A stretch of DNA of 59,906 nt from a virus. Its lineage: Duplodnaviria > Caudoviricetes. Each line of letters starts with the position of its first letter. Position 1 is the first letter of the stretch. The stretch lies in the IMG/VR virus record IMGVR_UViG_3300006789_000024, positions 1-59,906 of that record; one strand, written 5' to 3'. The notes beneath the pieces were generated by a model. It was not told the DNA's origin. It did not search any database and worked only from the letters and a program-made list of their open reading frames with translations. Made by a program: the position numbers and the translations under genes. Shown here piece after piece: positions 8,299 to 16,569 of this stretch.

Positions 8299-9318
8299 AT
8301 GGCTATATTATCGTTTGAACAATGGTCTATTACTGAAAAATCAGCATTAATAGAATCTTACATGAAGAAGGTTAACTTTCTGTTAGCTGGAGAAAAGATT
8401 GAAGGGTTAACAGGAAAGAATAATAAGAGGATTTACGGTGAAATAAACGATAAATGTCTAGATGATTTATATAATGCATTCTATGCAGAAGGAGACGATG
8501 GAAAAGATTTAGATGTTAATCCAAAATTACCTATTATTTATTATGGAGGAAATAAAAATGAATCATTAGATTTTATTAAGAAATATAAAATTGAAGAAGA
8601 TGTAATGTATAATATCCCGTCTCAAATGAAAATAAGTGGGTCTAAATCTAACTTCTATAAGATGTTTGATGGTGCATGGTGGCTTCCTAAATCTGTATAT
8701 AAAATTGAAGATACAAAAGAATTAGAATTTCCTGTTATTGGAAAACCTGATGATGAACATTCAGGAATAGGTATAGAGATATTTGATAAATTTGAGGATA
8801 TTAAGAAGAGTAAATTGACATTTGATAATTTCTCAGAAGCTAAAGATTTAGCTCAAGAATTTAGAGTTCTTTTAATGAATGATAAAATCTGTCTAGCAAA
8901 TGAAAGAATTTCATATTCAGATAATGAAATTGAAGATAAAGACCCTGATGAACAGACTGAATTTGTTTATGTCGATAATGATTTAAGTAAACTAGATTTT
9001 TTAGATGATGTGATAAAAATATCTAAAGAGATTAGAAAGAAGGTTAAATTAGGGTTATGGAGTATCGATATTATGATTGATTCTGATGGAAAACTCTGGG
9101 TTGCTGAAATCAATTCTGCCTCTGGAATGGCAGCTGATAAAATGGCGAAAGTTTACATTATGATATATGAGGATTTTTATGGAGAAGAACTTCCTAAAGT
9201 ATTCAAAACTTTCTTATTTGATGAGTACATTGAACCAGTATACAAAAAAAATCTAGAGGTAAATAGTGAGGCTATTAAAAGGTCTAAAGGCGCAGTAGAT
9301 TATCTTAAAAATAACTAA
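8299..9318 (+). CDS. ATP-grasp (RimK-like) ligase
   Basis: FPVIGKP..HSGIGI, QEFRV, SIDIM, VAEINSASG ATP-grasp motifs. Confidence 0.75.
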   Translation: MAILSFEQWSITEKSALIESYMKKVNFLLAGEKIEGLTGKNNKRIYGEINDKCLDDLYNAFYAEGDDGKDLDVNPKLPIIYYGGNKNESLDFIKKYKIEEDVMYNIPSQMKISGSKSNFYKMFDGAWWLPKSVYKIEDTKELEFPVIGKPDDEHSGIGIEIFDKFEDIKKSKLTFDNFSEAKDLAQEFRVLLMNDKICLANERISYSDNEIEDKDPDEQTEFVYVDNDLSKLDFLDDVIKISKEIRKKVKLGLWSIDIMIDSDGKLWVAEINSASGMAADKMAKVYIMIYEDFYGEELPKVFKTFLFDEYIEPVYKKNLEVNSEAIKRSKGAVDYLKNN

Positions 9319-9320
9319 TT

Positions 9321-10058
9321 ATGAAACATATAAAAACATATCAAGAATTTATAAACGAAGATATTCCTACTGTTGAAATTAACCCAACTAAATTTCCAGA
9401 ATATGGAAGCCCGAAAGATAAAAACTTTTGGAAAAGAGGTAAAACTGACGGAAATTTATATGATGATGTAGTACAAACTAAAGATGTAAAGATACCTGCA
9501 AAATCTCTAAATCCATCACAAAGCGCGATTTATCTAGGTAAAGCCCTTGGTCTTGCTATTGCTGGAGTTTCTGGAGGAGATTTACAAGCTGTAATTTCAG
9601 CTGATAATAGAATTTTAGATGGTCATCATAGATGGGCAGCAACAATGTTTAATAATCCTAAAGATAAAGTTGGAGGACTTAAAGCAGAGCTTAAAATTGG
9701 AGATTTAATTCCAGTTCTTAGACAAGCGGGAGATGTTCTTGGAAATAAAAGAGGATTAGAGCCAGCAGGAGGCGATGTTAATATATTCAAAGCTACTATT
9801 GAAGACGTCATTTCTGCAATTTATGATGGAGAGAATATGGACCCACAGTACTATAATAAAGAAAAATCAGTTAATTGGTTTGAAGGAATAGGTAAGGATA
9901 TTATAGCATCAAGGCTAATGACAATTCAAAGTAAACTTCCACCAGATGGAGCACCACCTAGAAAAGAAATGCCTAAGATTAAACCTAAACAAGTTAATAA
10001 AATTGCTAAACATTTAGCTGGAGGTAAAATAGATATTAGAGAACCATACAATAAGTAA
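9321..10058 (+). CDS. ParB/Srx-like domain protein with N-terminal capsid-targeting-like peptide
   Basis: LNPSQ and VISADNRILDGHHRWAA motifs; N-terminus MKHIKTYQEFINE. Confidence 0.75.
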   Translation: MKHIKTYQEFINEDIPTVEINPTKFPEYGSPKDKNFWKRGKTDGNLYDDVVQTKDVKIPAKSLNPSQSAIYLGKALGLAIAGVSGGDLQAVISADNRILDGHHRWAATMFNNPKDKVGGLKAELKIGDLIPVLRQAGDVLGNKRGLEPAGGDVNIFKATIEDVISAIYDGENMDPQYYNKEKSVNWFEGIGKDIIASRLMTIQSKLPPDGAPPRKEMPKIKPKQVNKIAKHLAGGKIDIREPYNK

Positions 10059-10285
10059 TGAAACCTCTGATAGAAATGAATATACGAATATTTGTACATC
10101 ACATGGAGGTAGATGCAGTATTTGATTTTGTAAATAAAAGAACAAAAGTTATGCCAAATTATTGGATTAACGAGGTGGATGTTCCATTTTCTGTTTCTGG
10201 AGGGTATGTTGAAATATGTATCGATTATACTTCATATTCGTACATAAGAAGTATGAAAGAACACCAATCACTATTAGATATATGA
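10058..10285 (+). CDS. hypothetical protein (paralogue of 7071..7265)
   Basis: TAATG coupling; shared motifs with 7071..7265. Confidence 0.75.
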   Translation: MKPLIEMNIRIFVHHMEVDAVFDFVNKRTKVMPNYWINEVDVPFSVSGGYVEICIDYTSYSYIRSMKEHQSLLDI

Positions 10286-10286
10286 T

Positions 10287-11345
10287 ATGAAAGAGATTTG
10301 GCCAAAACATAGTTATGTTATAATTACAGGTGGGGCAGGATATATTGGCTCACACACTGCAGTAGAACTGTGGGATGCTGGATATACTCCAATTATTGTT
10401 GATAATTTTTCAAATACAACTATAGATAATATTAAAGGAATTGAAGAAATAATAGGCCAAGAAGTTAAGTACTTCGAAGTAGACTGTACGGATGATGATG
10501 CATTAAATGAAGTATTCAAATCTGTTCAAACTCTCGGAGGACATGATTCAATTGTTGGTGCTATTCATTTTGCTGCATTTAAGTCAGTAGGAGATTCTGT
10601 TCTTAATCCAGAAAAATACCATAAAAATAATATAGGTTCTTTAGAAACTTTAATAAAGGTTATGTATAATTTCGACGTTAATAACCTTATATTCTCTTCA
10701 AGTTGTTCAGTATACGGTAATTCAGATATTTTGCCGGTTACTGAAAAAACTCCATTCAAGCCTGCTGAATCTCCTTATGCTGAAACAAAACAATTATGCG
10801 AGGAGATAGTAGCTATATCTAAACTTAATAGTGTCTCTTTAAGATATTTTAATCCTATTGGGTCGCACGATAGTTCGTTAATAGGAGATAGGTCGATAGA
10901 TAAACCAGCTGCTATAGTTCCAGTACTTTGTAAGTCGGTAATAGATAATACAGAAATGCTAGTTCATGGAGATGATTATAATACGAAAGATGGTACATGT
11001 ATTAGAGATTATATTCATGTTGTAGATTTAGCTAAATCTCACGTATCGTCGCTTGATTATTTAATAGGATCTGAGGGAAAGCACGTATATAACGTAGGAA
11101 CTGGCAATGGCGTTAGTGTGCTTGATGCTATTAAATCATTTGAAGAATCAAATGACCTTAAAGTAAATTACAAAATAGGACCTAAAAGAGAGGGTGATGT
11201 CATAGAAATTTATGCAGATTGTTCAAAGATTAATGAAGAGTTAAAATGGTCGGCAGAAAAAACACTTAAACATTGTATGAAAGATTCGTGGAATTGGGAA
11301 TTAAATAAAATTCAAAATTCTATAAATAAACTAACAAGCAAATAA
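10287..11345 (+). CDS. galE: UDP-glucose 4-epimerase
   Basis: TGGAGYIGSH, HFAAFKSVG, YAETK (YxxxK), LRYFNP, DGTCIRDYIHV. Confidence 0.95.
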   Translation: MKEIWPKHSYVIITGGAGYIGSHTAVELWDAGYTPIIVDNFSNTTIDNIKGIEEIIGQEVKYFEVDCTDDDALNEVFKSVQTLGGHDSIVGAIHFAAFKSVGDSVLNPEKYHKNNIGSLETLIKVMYNFDVNNLIFSSSCSVYGNSDILPVTEKTPFKPAESPYAETKQLCEEIVAISKLNSVSLRYFNPIGSHDSSLIGDRSIDKPAAIVPVLCKSVIDNTEMLVHGDDYNTKDGTCIRDYIHVVDLAKSHVSSLDYLIGSEGKHVYNVGTGNGVSVLDAIKSFEESNDLKVNYKIGPKREGDVIEIYADCSKINEELKWSAEKTLKHCMKDSWNWELNKIQNSINKLTSK

Positions 11346-11349
11346 TCTT

Positions 11350-11376
11350 AAACTTTTTTAATATTCTCTATATAAT
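11350..11376 (+). promoter_or_regulatory. middle-type promoter AAAC-N17-TATAAT
   Basis: AAAC 11350, TATAAT 11371, ATG 11380. Confidence 0.65.
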
Positions 11377-11379
11377 ACT

Positions 11380-11616
11380 ATGAGAAAGAAGAAGAAAGAC
11401 AATAAGATTTTCGTTAAAAAACCAAAAGTAGGTAAAAGCTACTGGTTTTGGTTTGCAGGATCTATTACACATGGAGAACTATATGATTCTGCTGATGGAT
11501 TAACGAAACACTATGGAGAACCATGGTATATGCTTATAGATAAAAATGGTACTAAATACCCTATAAGTATCTTTAGCCTAAGATACAATAAACCAAATTA
11601 TAAAGAAAATGTATAG
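11380..11616 (+). CDS. hypothetical basic protein
   Basis: ORF downstream of promoter motif. Confidence 0.75.
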   Translation: MRKKKKDNKIFVKKPKVGKSYWFWFAGSITHGELYDSADGLTKHYGEPWYMLIDKNGTKYPISIFSLRYNKPNYKENV

Positions 11617-12352
11617 TATAACAGACTTAAAGGGAATGCTATTCCTTGATATTGAGACATGTTCAGCAGCAAAAGATTTAGAAGGATTTATAGATATTAT
11701 AGGACCTAACGGAGAAGAGCATTGGGCTAGAAAGGCTAAATATATTAAAAAGGATTCTGAAGATTATTTAGATAAAACAGACGCTGAATTATATCCATTA
11801 AATGCTGCACTATACCCAGAATTTGGTAAAGTTTTAGTAATATCAATAGGTCAAATAACATATCCTGATGGCGTGACTGCAGTACCTAAAGTTAAATCAT
11901 TCTATGGAGATAATGAGAAAGAAATTCTTAAAGAATTTATGGGTACCATGATTAAGATATTTCAACTTAAGCCAAATATTAAAATAGTAGGACATAATAT
12001 TAAAGGATTTGATATTCCATATTTATTAAAAAGGTCTATCATTAACGATGTTAGTATTCCTAATCAATTACAATTACAGAAATTAAAACCATGGGAGAAT
12101 TGTTTATTAGATACTTATGATTTATGGAAATTTGGTGGATGGAATAGTTCGTCATTAAGTTTAATTTGTGACCTATTAAATATACCATCGCCTAAAGAAG
12201 CAATGAAGGCTGGAGATGTTAGTGCATCGTATTGGAATGGTATGTTAGAAGAAATAAAAGATTACTGTGAAGGCGATGTAGTAGCCACTATGAACGTAAT
12301 GTTAAGACTAGCAAAAATGCAAATAATAACTAAGGAAGAAGTTCCTTTCTAA
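11609..12352 (+). CDS. DEDD 3'-5' exonuclease (PolB-exonuclease-like)
   Basis: FLDIET, GHNIKGFDIP, DT, YCEGDV Exo I-III motifs. Confidence 0.88.
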   Translation: MYSITDLKGMLFLDIETCSAAKDLEGFIDIIGPNGEEHWARKAKYIKKDSEDYLDKTDAELYPLNAALYPEFGKVLVISIGQITYPDGVTAVPKVKSFYGDNEKEILKEFMGTMIKIFQLKPNIKIVGHNIKGFDIPYLLKRSIINDVSIPNQLQLQKLKPWENCLLDTYDLWKFGGWNSSSLSLICDLLNIPSPKEAMKAGDVSASYWNGMLEEIKDYCEGDVVATMNVMLRLAKMQIITKEEVPF

Positions 12353-12363
12353 ATATATAAAAT

Positions 12364-12459
12364 ATGTACGAATACTATAATCACTGGTTTCAAAAAGAAA
12401 ACGAAACAAAAACTCTTACCAATAAAGAAATAAAAGAATATTGGAATGGGAATAATTAA
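12364..12459 (+). CDS. putative 31-aa protein (not in ORF track)
   Basis: MYEYYNHWFQKENETKTLTNKEIKEYWNGNN, 4 nt after AAATATATA at 12351. Confidence 0.4.
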   Translation: MYEYYNHWFQKENETKTLTNKEIKEYWNGNN

Positions 12460-12769
12460 AAATATTAAAGAAGGTTGGGGTAATTATTTAAGATTTTTCT
12501 ATGATTCAAAAACTTTAGACCCTAAAATTCTAGAAGAGGGTAAAAGAAGAGCTGAAATCTGCAAAGATTGTCCATCTCTTGAAGAGTCTAAGGTATATTC
12601 AATTATTGAAACTGTTCTACCAGACGGCGATAAAAAAGAACATATATCTAATTTATTACCTAACTCAAATGGCGAGAAGATTAGAGGATACAAATGCAAG
12701 GAATGCGGCTGTGGATTTCCAGCTATGGTATTCTCTCCTAGTAAAAAATGTAAAATAAATAAATGGTAA
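12446..12769 (+). CDS. Cys-rich Zn-finger-like protein
   Basis: CKDCP...CKECGC...C..NKW pattern. Confidence 0.8.
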   Translation: MGIIKNIKEGWGNYLRFFYDSKTLDPKILEEGKRRAEICKDCPSLEESKVYSIIETVLPDGDKKEHISNLLPNSNGEKIRGYKCKECGCGFPAMVFSPSKKCKINKW

Positions 12770-12775
12770 AACTTT

Positions 12776-12820
12776 TCACGTCAGATTTTTTTATGTCGTA
12801 GAAATTGTTTATATTATACT
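12776..12820 (+). promoter_or_regulatory. early-type promoter repeat, copy 2 (lacks the upstream box)
   Basis: TCACGTCAGATTTTTTTATGTCGT-N9-TTATATTATAC. Confidence 0.75.
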
Positions 12821-12842
12821 AAATAACTAAAATAATAAATCA

Positions 12843-13112
12843 ATGAATGAAGAAATGATGGACTTCGAGAATGAAATGTACAGCGAAGATGTACAATCTC
12901 AAATTAAAGATAACTTAGCTAGAAAGAACTATGATGTTGTATCCTCTCGCGACATTAACTTTAGCGATTATTATGGAAAGGAAAATCAGATTGAAATAGA
13001 AAAGACATTAAATGATATGATAGAGCATTTCACCGAGACAGAAGAGTATGAGAAGTGTGGAATGATTCTTAAAGAACTTAAGAAGGTGCAAGGTAAAATA
13101 ATTTCAGTTTAA
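12843..13112 (+). CDS. small protein with C-terminal UVR-like motif
   Basis: HFTETEEYEKCGMILKELKK. Confidence 0.8.
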   Translation: MNEEMMDFENEMYSEDVQSQIKDNLARKNYDVVSSRDINFSDYYGKENQIEIEKTLNDMIEHFTETEEYEKCGMILKELKKVQGKIISV

Positions 13113-13339
13113 TGGGGTTCCACAGGAGACATATAGATAATAATCAAGTAATTACATTATTTAGAGAAGGTGGTGTTGATAGGGTTAAAGATTGGTATAC
13201 TAGAGGCGCTGATGCTCTCGTTACAGAAATTGGATTAGCATCTAATATAACTGATATAATAGATAGAAAGATGGATGAAACTGCAAAATGGAATTTAATT
13301 GCAGACATGATTGCCCATGAATCTATTAAAAATTTATAA
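13112..13339 (+). CDS. hypothetical protein
   Basis: TAATG coupling. Confidence 0.75.
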   Translation: MGFHRRHIDNNQVITLFREGGVDRVKDWYTRGADALVTEIGLASNITDIIDRKMDETAKWNLIADMIAHESIKNL

Positions 13340-13342
13340 CAT

Positions 13343-13468
13343 ATGAATACATTTATTATTTTAGGAATAGCATATTTTATTATGGTATTGTGGTTATTTT
13401 GGGAGGCATATAATGCTCCAGTGATGCCAGAAGAATATAATGAAAATGTTAAATCACGAAAAGAATAA
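13343..13468 (+). CDS. 41-aa single-pass membrane protein (not in ORF track)
   Basis: MNTFIILGIAYFIMVLWLFWEAYNAP...; fills the gap exactly. Confidence 0.65.
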   Translation: MNTFIILGIAYFIMVLWLFWEAYNAPVMPEEYNENVKSRKE

Positions 13469-13482
13469 GATATATATTATCT

Positions 13483-13647
13483 ATGGAAGAAATATTAGAA
13501 AAGATATTACATCAATTAACTCGAATCGCTAATTGTTATGAAAATAAAGAAAGTCGCGATGTTAATGAGGCTCGAAAAAAACTTAAATTCGAAAGAATAG
13601 ATAGAGGAGTTAACAAAAAAAAGGGTATTAAGCAAAAGGAAAAGTAG
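13483..13647 (+). CDS. 54-aa basic protein (not in ORF track)
   Basis: MEEILEKILHQLTRIANCYE...; follows AGATATATA 13468 and ends 2 nt before dnaJ. Confidence 0.65.
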   Translation: MEEILEKILHQLTRIANCYENKESRDVNEARKKLKFERIDRGVNKKKGIKQKEK

Positions 13648-13649
13648 TC

Positions 13650-14453
13650 ATGTCCTTTTATAAAACTCTTGGAATACTTGAAAATGCTACACAGGCTGAT
13701 ATAAAAACAGCATACCGAAAGTTAGCAAAAAAACACCATCCAGATACTAAAGGCGGAGACGCAAATAAGTTCAAAGAAATTTCTAAAGCTTATGAGCAGC
13801 TGGGGGATAAATTGAATAGGCAAAAATATGATGCTTCTAAGAGAATGGGAGCAGGACTTGGTGATGATTTTCTAGAAGCATTTAGGAATAGTTCAGATTT
13901 TGCAAGTATGTTTGATGGCGTATTTGGTACAAAGGTAAAAGGACCTGATATTCGAGTAAATATTCAACTTACACTCCATGAGGTATACTACGGTACTGAA
14001 AAACTTATAGATACTGGTGTATCTCGGTTTAGTCTAAAGATACCAAAAGGAATTTCCAATGGAACTAATCTTAAAATACGAGGAAGAGGTGGCAAACATC
14101 CAATAAACTCAAGCGCTCCGAATGGTGATATGATAGTTGTATGTAATGTATTATATAGTACTGAGATTATTATAAATGGTAGTGATATATGGGTAGAGGT
14201 TGATTTGCCATTTTATGATTTAATGTTAGGTACTACAATTACAGTTAGAAATATGTTTTATGTAGTTATGGTAGATGTTCCTAAGGGTTCGTATAACGGA
14301 AAAGTTTTAAGAATAGGTGGAAAAGGAATTCCTATATATAAAACAGATAGATATGGTAATTTAATGGTAAAATTAAATGCGATTAAACCCAACCTAAATG
14401 AAGAACAATATAGGCTATTAGAACAAATAAAATCAATTGATAAAAAAAATTAA
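13650..14453 (+). CDS. dnaJ: DnaJ/CbpA-class J-domain co-chaperone (no Zn finger)
   Basis: J-domain with HHPD motif, short G/F linker, DnaJ C-terminal domain. Confidence 0.92.
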   Translation: MSFYKTLGILENATQADIKTAYRKLAKKHHPDTKGGDANKFKEISKAYEQLGDKLNRQKYDASKRMGAGLGDDFLEAFRNSSDFASMFDGVFGTKVKGPDIRVNIQLTLHEVYYGTEKLIDTGVSRFSLKIPKGISNGTNLKIRGRGGKHPINSSAPNGDMIVVCNVLYSTEIIINGSDIWVEVDLPFYDLMLGTTITVRNMFYVVMVDVPKGSYNGKVLRIGGKGIPIYKTDRYGNLMVKLNAIKPNLNEEQYRLLEQIKSIDKKN

Positions 14454-14457
14454 AATT

Positions 14458-14733
14458 ATGATAGACGACGGTGATATGAATTTTGATTTTGAACCAGATG
14501 GGGAATGGGATTCTATGGATTATGTAGATAATATGGGTATTGACTCAAGGCAGATGATGATGGACGTCGTGTATACTTCAATTATAAATAATAAACTTGC
14601 TGTCTTAAATAGTATATCTACTGATAGTCTAAAAATAGCAGCTATAAAACACGTACTCACATTCTTTGAAGAACTTGAAGATTATGAAAAATGCGGAGAG
14701 CTTAAGAAAATAATAGATAAAATAAAGGAATAG
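14458..14733 (+). CDS. small protein with C-terminal UVR-like motif
   Basis: FFEELEDYEKCGELKKIIDK; ATG 14458 preferred over TTG 14437. Confidence 0.8.
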   Translation: MIDDGDMNFDFEPDGEWDSMDYVDNMGIDSRQMMMDVVYTSIINNKLAVLNSISTDSLKIAAIKHVLTFFEELEDYEKCGELKKIIDKIKE

Positions 14734-14737
14734 TATA

Positions 14738-14926
14738 ATGCTAATAGTGGAAGTTGTAAAGGGTAAGATTGATAAAGCTATAAAGCAAATGAGGCAAAAA
14801 GTCAATAAAACAAAGTTAAAGAAAACTCTTAGAGATAAAAAGCATTTCACTAAAAAATCTGAAGAAAAACGACTTAAAAAACAAAAAGCAATATATAATC
14901 AAAAGAAATTACGTGAAGAAGAGTAG
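14738..14926 (+). CDS. rpsU: 30S ribosomal protein bS21 (phage-encoded, Bacteroidota-type)
   Basis: MLIVEV..G.IDKAIK..R.K...LR..KHFTKKS..KR....KAIY bS21 signature. Confidence 0.9.
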   Translation: MLIVEVVKGKIDKAIKQMRQKVNKTKLKKTLRDKKHFTKKSEEKRLKKQKAIYNQKKLREEE

Positions 14927-15023
14927 TGATGTAATATCTTACTATTTTTTAAGTATTTATACTATTTAAGTTAGCTACTTTTAATTTTTAAATATATAAT
15001 ATCAAACATAGTCTATACAGCAG

Positions 15024-15278
15024 ATGAAAGAGAAGAATGGAGATAAAGACTCATTAATGAGAAATTGCTATTATACAATTACGCGTAATTTTACTAAAAC
15101 AGTTAATAAATTTGTAGTTTTCCAAAGTGAAGGAAACAGTATCGAAATATATAGTGGATCTGGTAATCGTAGCAAATTTATAGATATGATGATAGAGTAT
15201 TTTGTAGAAACTGAAGAATATGAGAAATGTGAAAAATTAATGAAACTTAAAAAGTTAGTATTAATGGCAGGTGATTAA
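15024..15278 (+). CDS. small protein with C-terminal UVR-like motif
   Basis: YFVETEEYEKCEKLMKLKK. Confidence 0.8.
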   Translation: MKEKNGDKDSLMRNCYYTITRNFTKTVNKFVVFQSEGNSIEIYSGSGNRSKFIDMMIEYFVETEEYEKCEKLMKLKKLVLMAGD

Positions 15279-15299
15279 GCCTATCATAAAAATAATTAA

Positions 15300-16028
15300 A
15301 TGATGAGCAAAAAAAATGGAAAGAACGGGAACGGAAAGAAGATAAAACCACCAACACAGAGAAGAAGCTATGCAAGAGTTAAAATAGAACATATACAACA
15401 TGTTAAATTAAGAAAATCTCAACAACAATATTCAAGAAATATAGAAAAACACGATGTGACATTCTGTCACGGACCAGCTGGAACAAGTAAAACATATACA
15501 GCATGTTATACTGCATTAAAGTTATTAGCTGAAAAGAAAATTAGAAAAATTATTTTATGTAAACCTATTCAAGAGTCTGGTGAAAAATTAGGTTTTTTAC
15601 CTGGTGGTATTGAAGAAAAGATTGACCCATTCATGCAGTCATTTATTTCTAATCTTAGAAAAATAGTAGGTGAAGAGATAACACAAAGACTTTTAGATAG
15701 AGGTATTATAGTATTTAAGCCCCTTGCCTATATGAGAGGAGATACGTTTGATGATAGTTTAATGATTTTAGATGAAGCTCAAAATGCTACATTCAAACAA
15801 TTAATGTTATTTATAACAAGAATGGGTAAGACTTCTAAAGTTTTAATTACTGGAGATATTAGTCAATATGATATTCCTAAGAAAAGTACTGGTCTTCCTG
15901 GTTTTATTAAACTTATGGATGGAATAGATGGTGTTAAGAACTTCATATTCACAGAAGAAGATATTGTTCGTGCTGAGATACTTAAGAAAATTGTTATCAG
16001 ATACGAAAAATATAAGCCTCTAAATTAA
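15300..16028 (+). CDS. phoH: PhoH-like ATPase
   Basis: GPAGTSKT, LGFLPG, YMRG.TF, ILDEAQN, GDISQYD. Confidence 0.93.
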   Translation: MMSKKNGKNGNGKKIKPPTQRRSYARVKIEHIQHVKLRKSQQQYSRNIEKHDVTFCHGPAGTSKTYTACYTALKLLAEKKIRKIILCKPIQESGEKLGFLPGGIEEKIDPFMQSFISNLRKIVGEEITQRLLDRGIIVFKPLAYMRGDTFDDSLMILDEAQNATFKQLMLFITRMGKTSKVLITGDISQYDIPKKSTGLPGFIKLMDGIDGVKNFIFTEEDIVRAEILKKIVIRYEKYKPLN

Positions 16029-16031
16029 CAT

Positions 16032-16115
16032 AATTGTTAATAACTTCTAAAACTTTTTTGAAAATAATCACCTCAGATTTTTATATGTCGTAAAAATTGT
16101 TTATATTTATACTAT
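16032..16115 (+). promoter_or_regulatory. early-type promoter repeat, copy 3
   Basis: AATTGTTAATAACTT 16032; ATGTCGT 16085; TTATATTT 16101. Confidence 0.8.
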
Positions 16116-16137
16116 AAATAAAAAACAATTAAACACT

Positions 16138-16296
16138 ATGGAACCAAAGATTAAAATCAATAGCAATAGATGGCAGACGACAGTCGAAGTATACTGGCCA
16201 ATGGACCAAGAAACTGAATACTTAGATGCTATTCAAGCTGTAAAGAGAAACCTGGTAACGGTAGTTAACGGCAAGCTAACCTTAATAAAGAAATAA
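16138..16296 (+). CDS. 52-aa hypothetical protein (not in ORF track)
   Basis: MEPKIKINSNRWQTTVEVYWPMDQETEYL...; first gene after the promoter repeat. Confidence 0.65.
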   Translation: MEPKIKINSNRWQTTVEVYWPMDQETEYLDAIQAVKRNLVTVVNGKLTLIKK

Positions 16297-16469
16297 TGGA
16301 TATGAATAAACAATTATATAGAGGAAACGGATACATAGGAGGTATTTGCGGTGGCTTAGGCGACTGGTCAGGGATACCTTCGATACTATGGAGAGTTGCA
16401 TTTTTATTTTTTATACCGGCTGCTATATGGATTTATCTTATACTGTGGGTTGTGTTAAAGAAGAAATAA
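16296..16469 (+). CDS. pspC: PspC-domain membrane protein (not in ORF track)
   Basis: MDMNKQLYRGNGYIGGICGGLGDWSGIPSILWRVAFLFFIPAAIWIYLILWVVLKKK matches the PspC pattern LYR..IxGVCGGL...R...Y.ILW. Confidence 0.85.
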   Translation: MDMNKQLYRGNGYIGGICGGLGDWSGIPSILWRVAFLFFIPAAIWIYLILWVVLKKK

Positions 16470-16553
16470 AATTGTTAATAACTTTTGAAAAAAAAGTAAA
16501 AATAATCACTCCAGGTTTTTATATGTCGTAAAAAATGATTATATTTACTATGT
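16470..16553 (+). promoter_or_regulatory. early-type promoter repeat, copy 4
   Basis: AATTGTTAATAACTT 16470; ATGTCGT 16523; TTATATTTAC 16539. Confidence 0.8.
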
Positions 16554-16569
16554 AAAACAAAAACAACTA

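Noticed and set aside
16346-16531. Tracked 61-aa ORF
   Set aside because: It overlaps the better-supported PspC frame and runs into a promoter repeat
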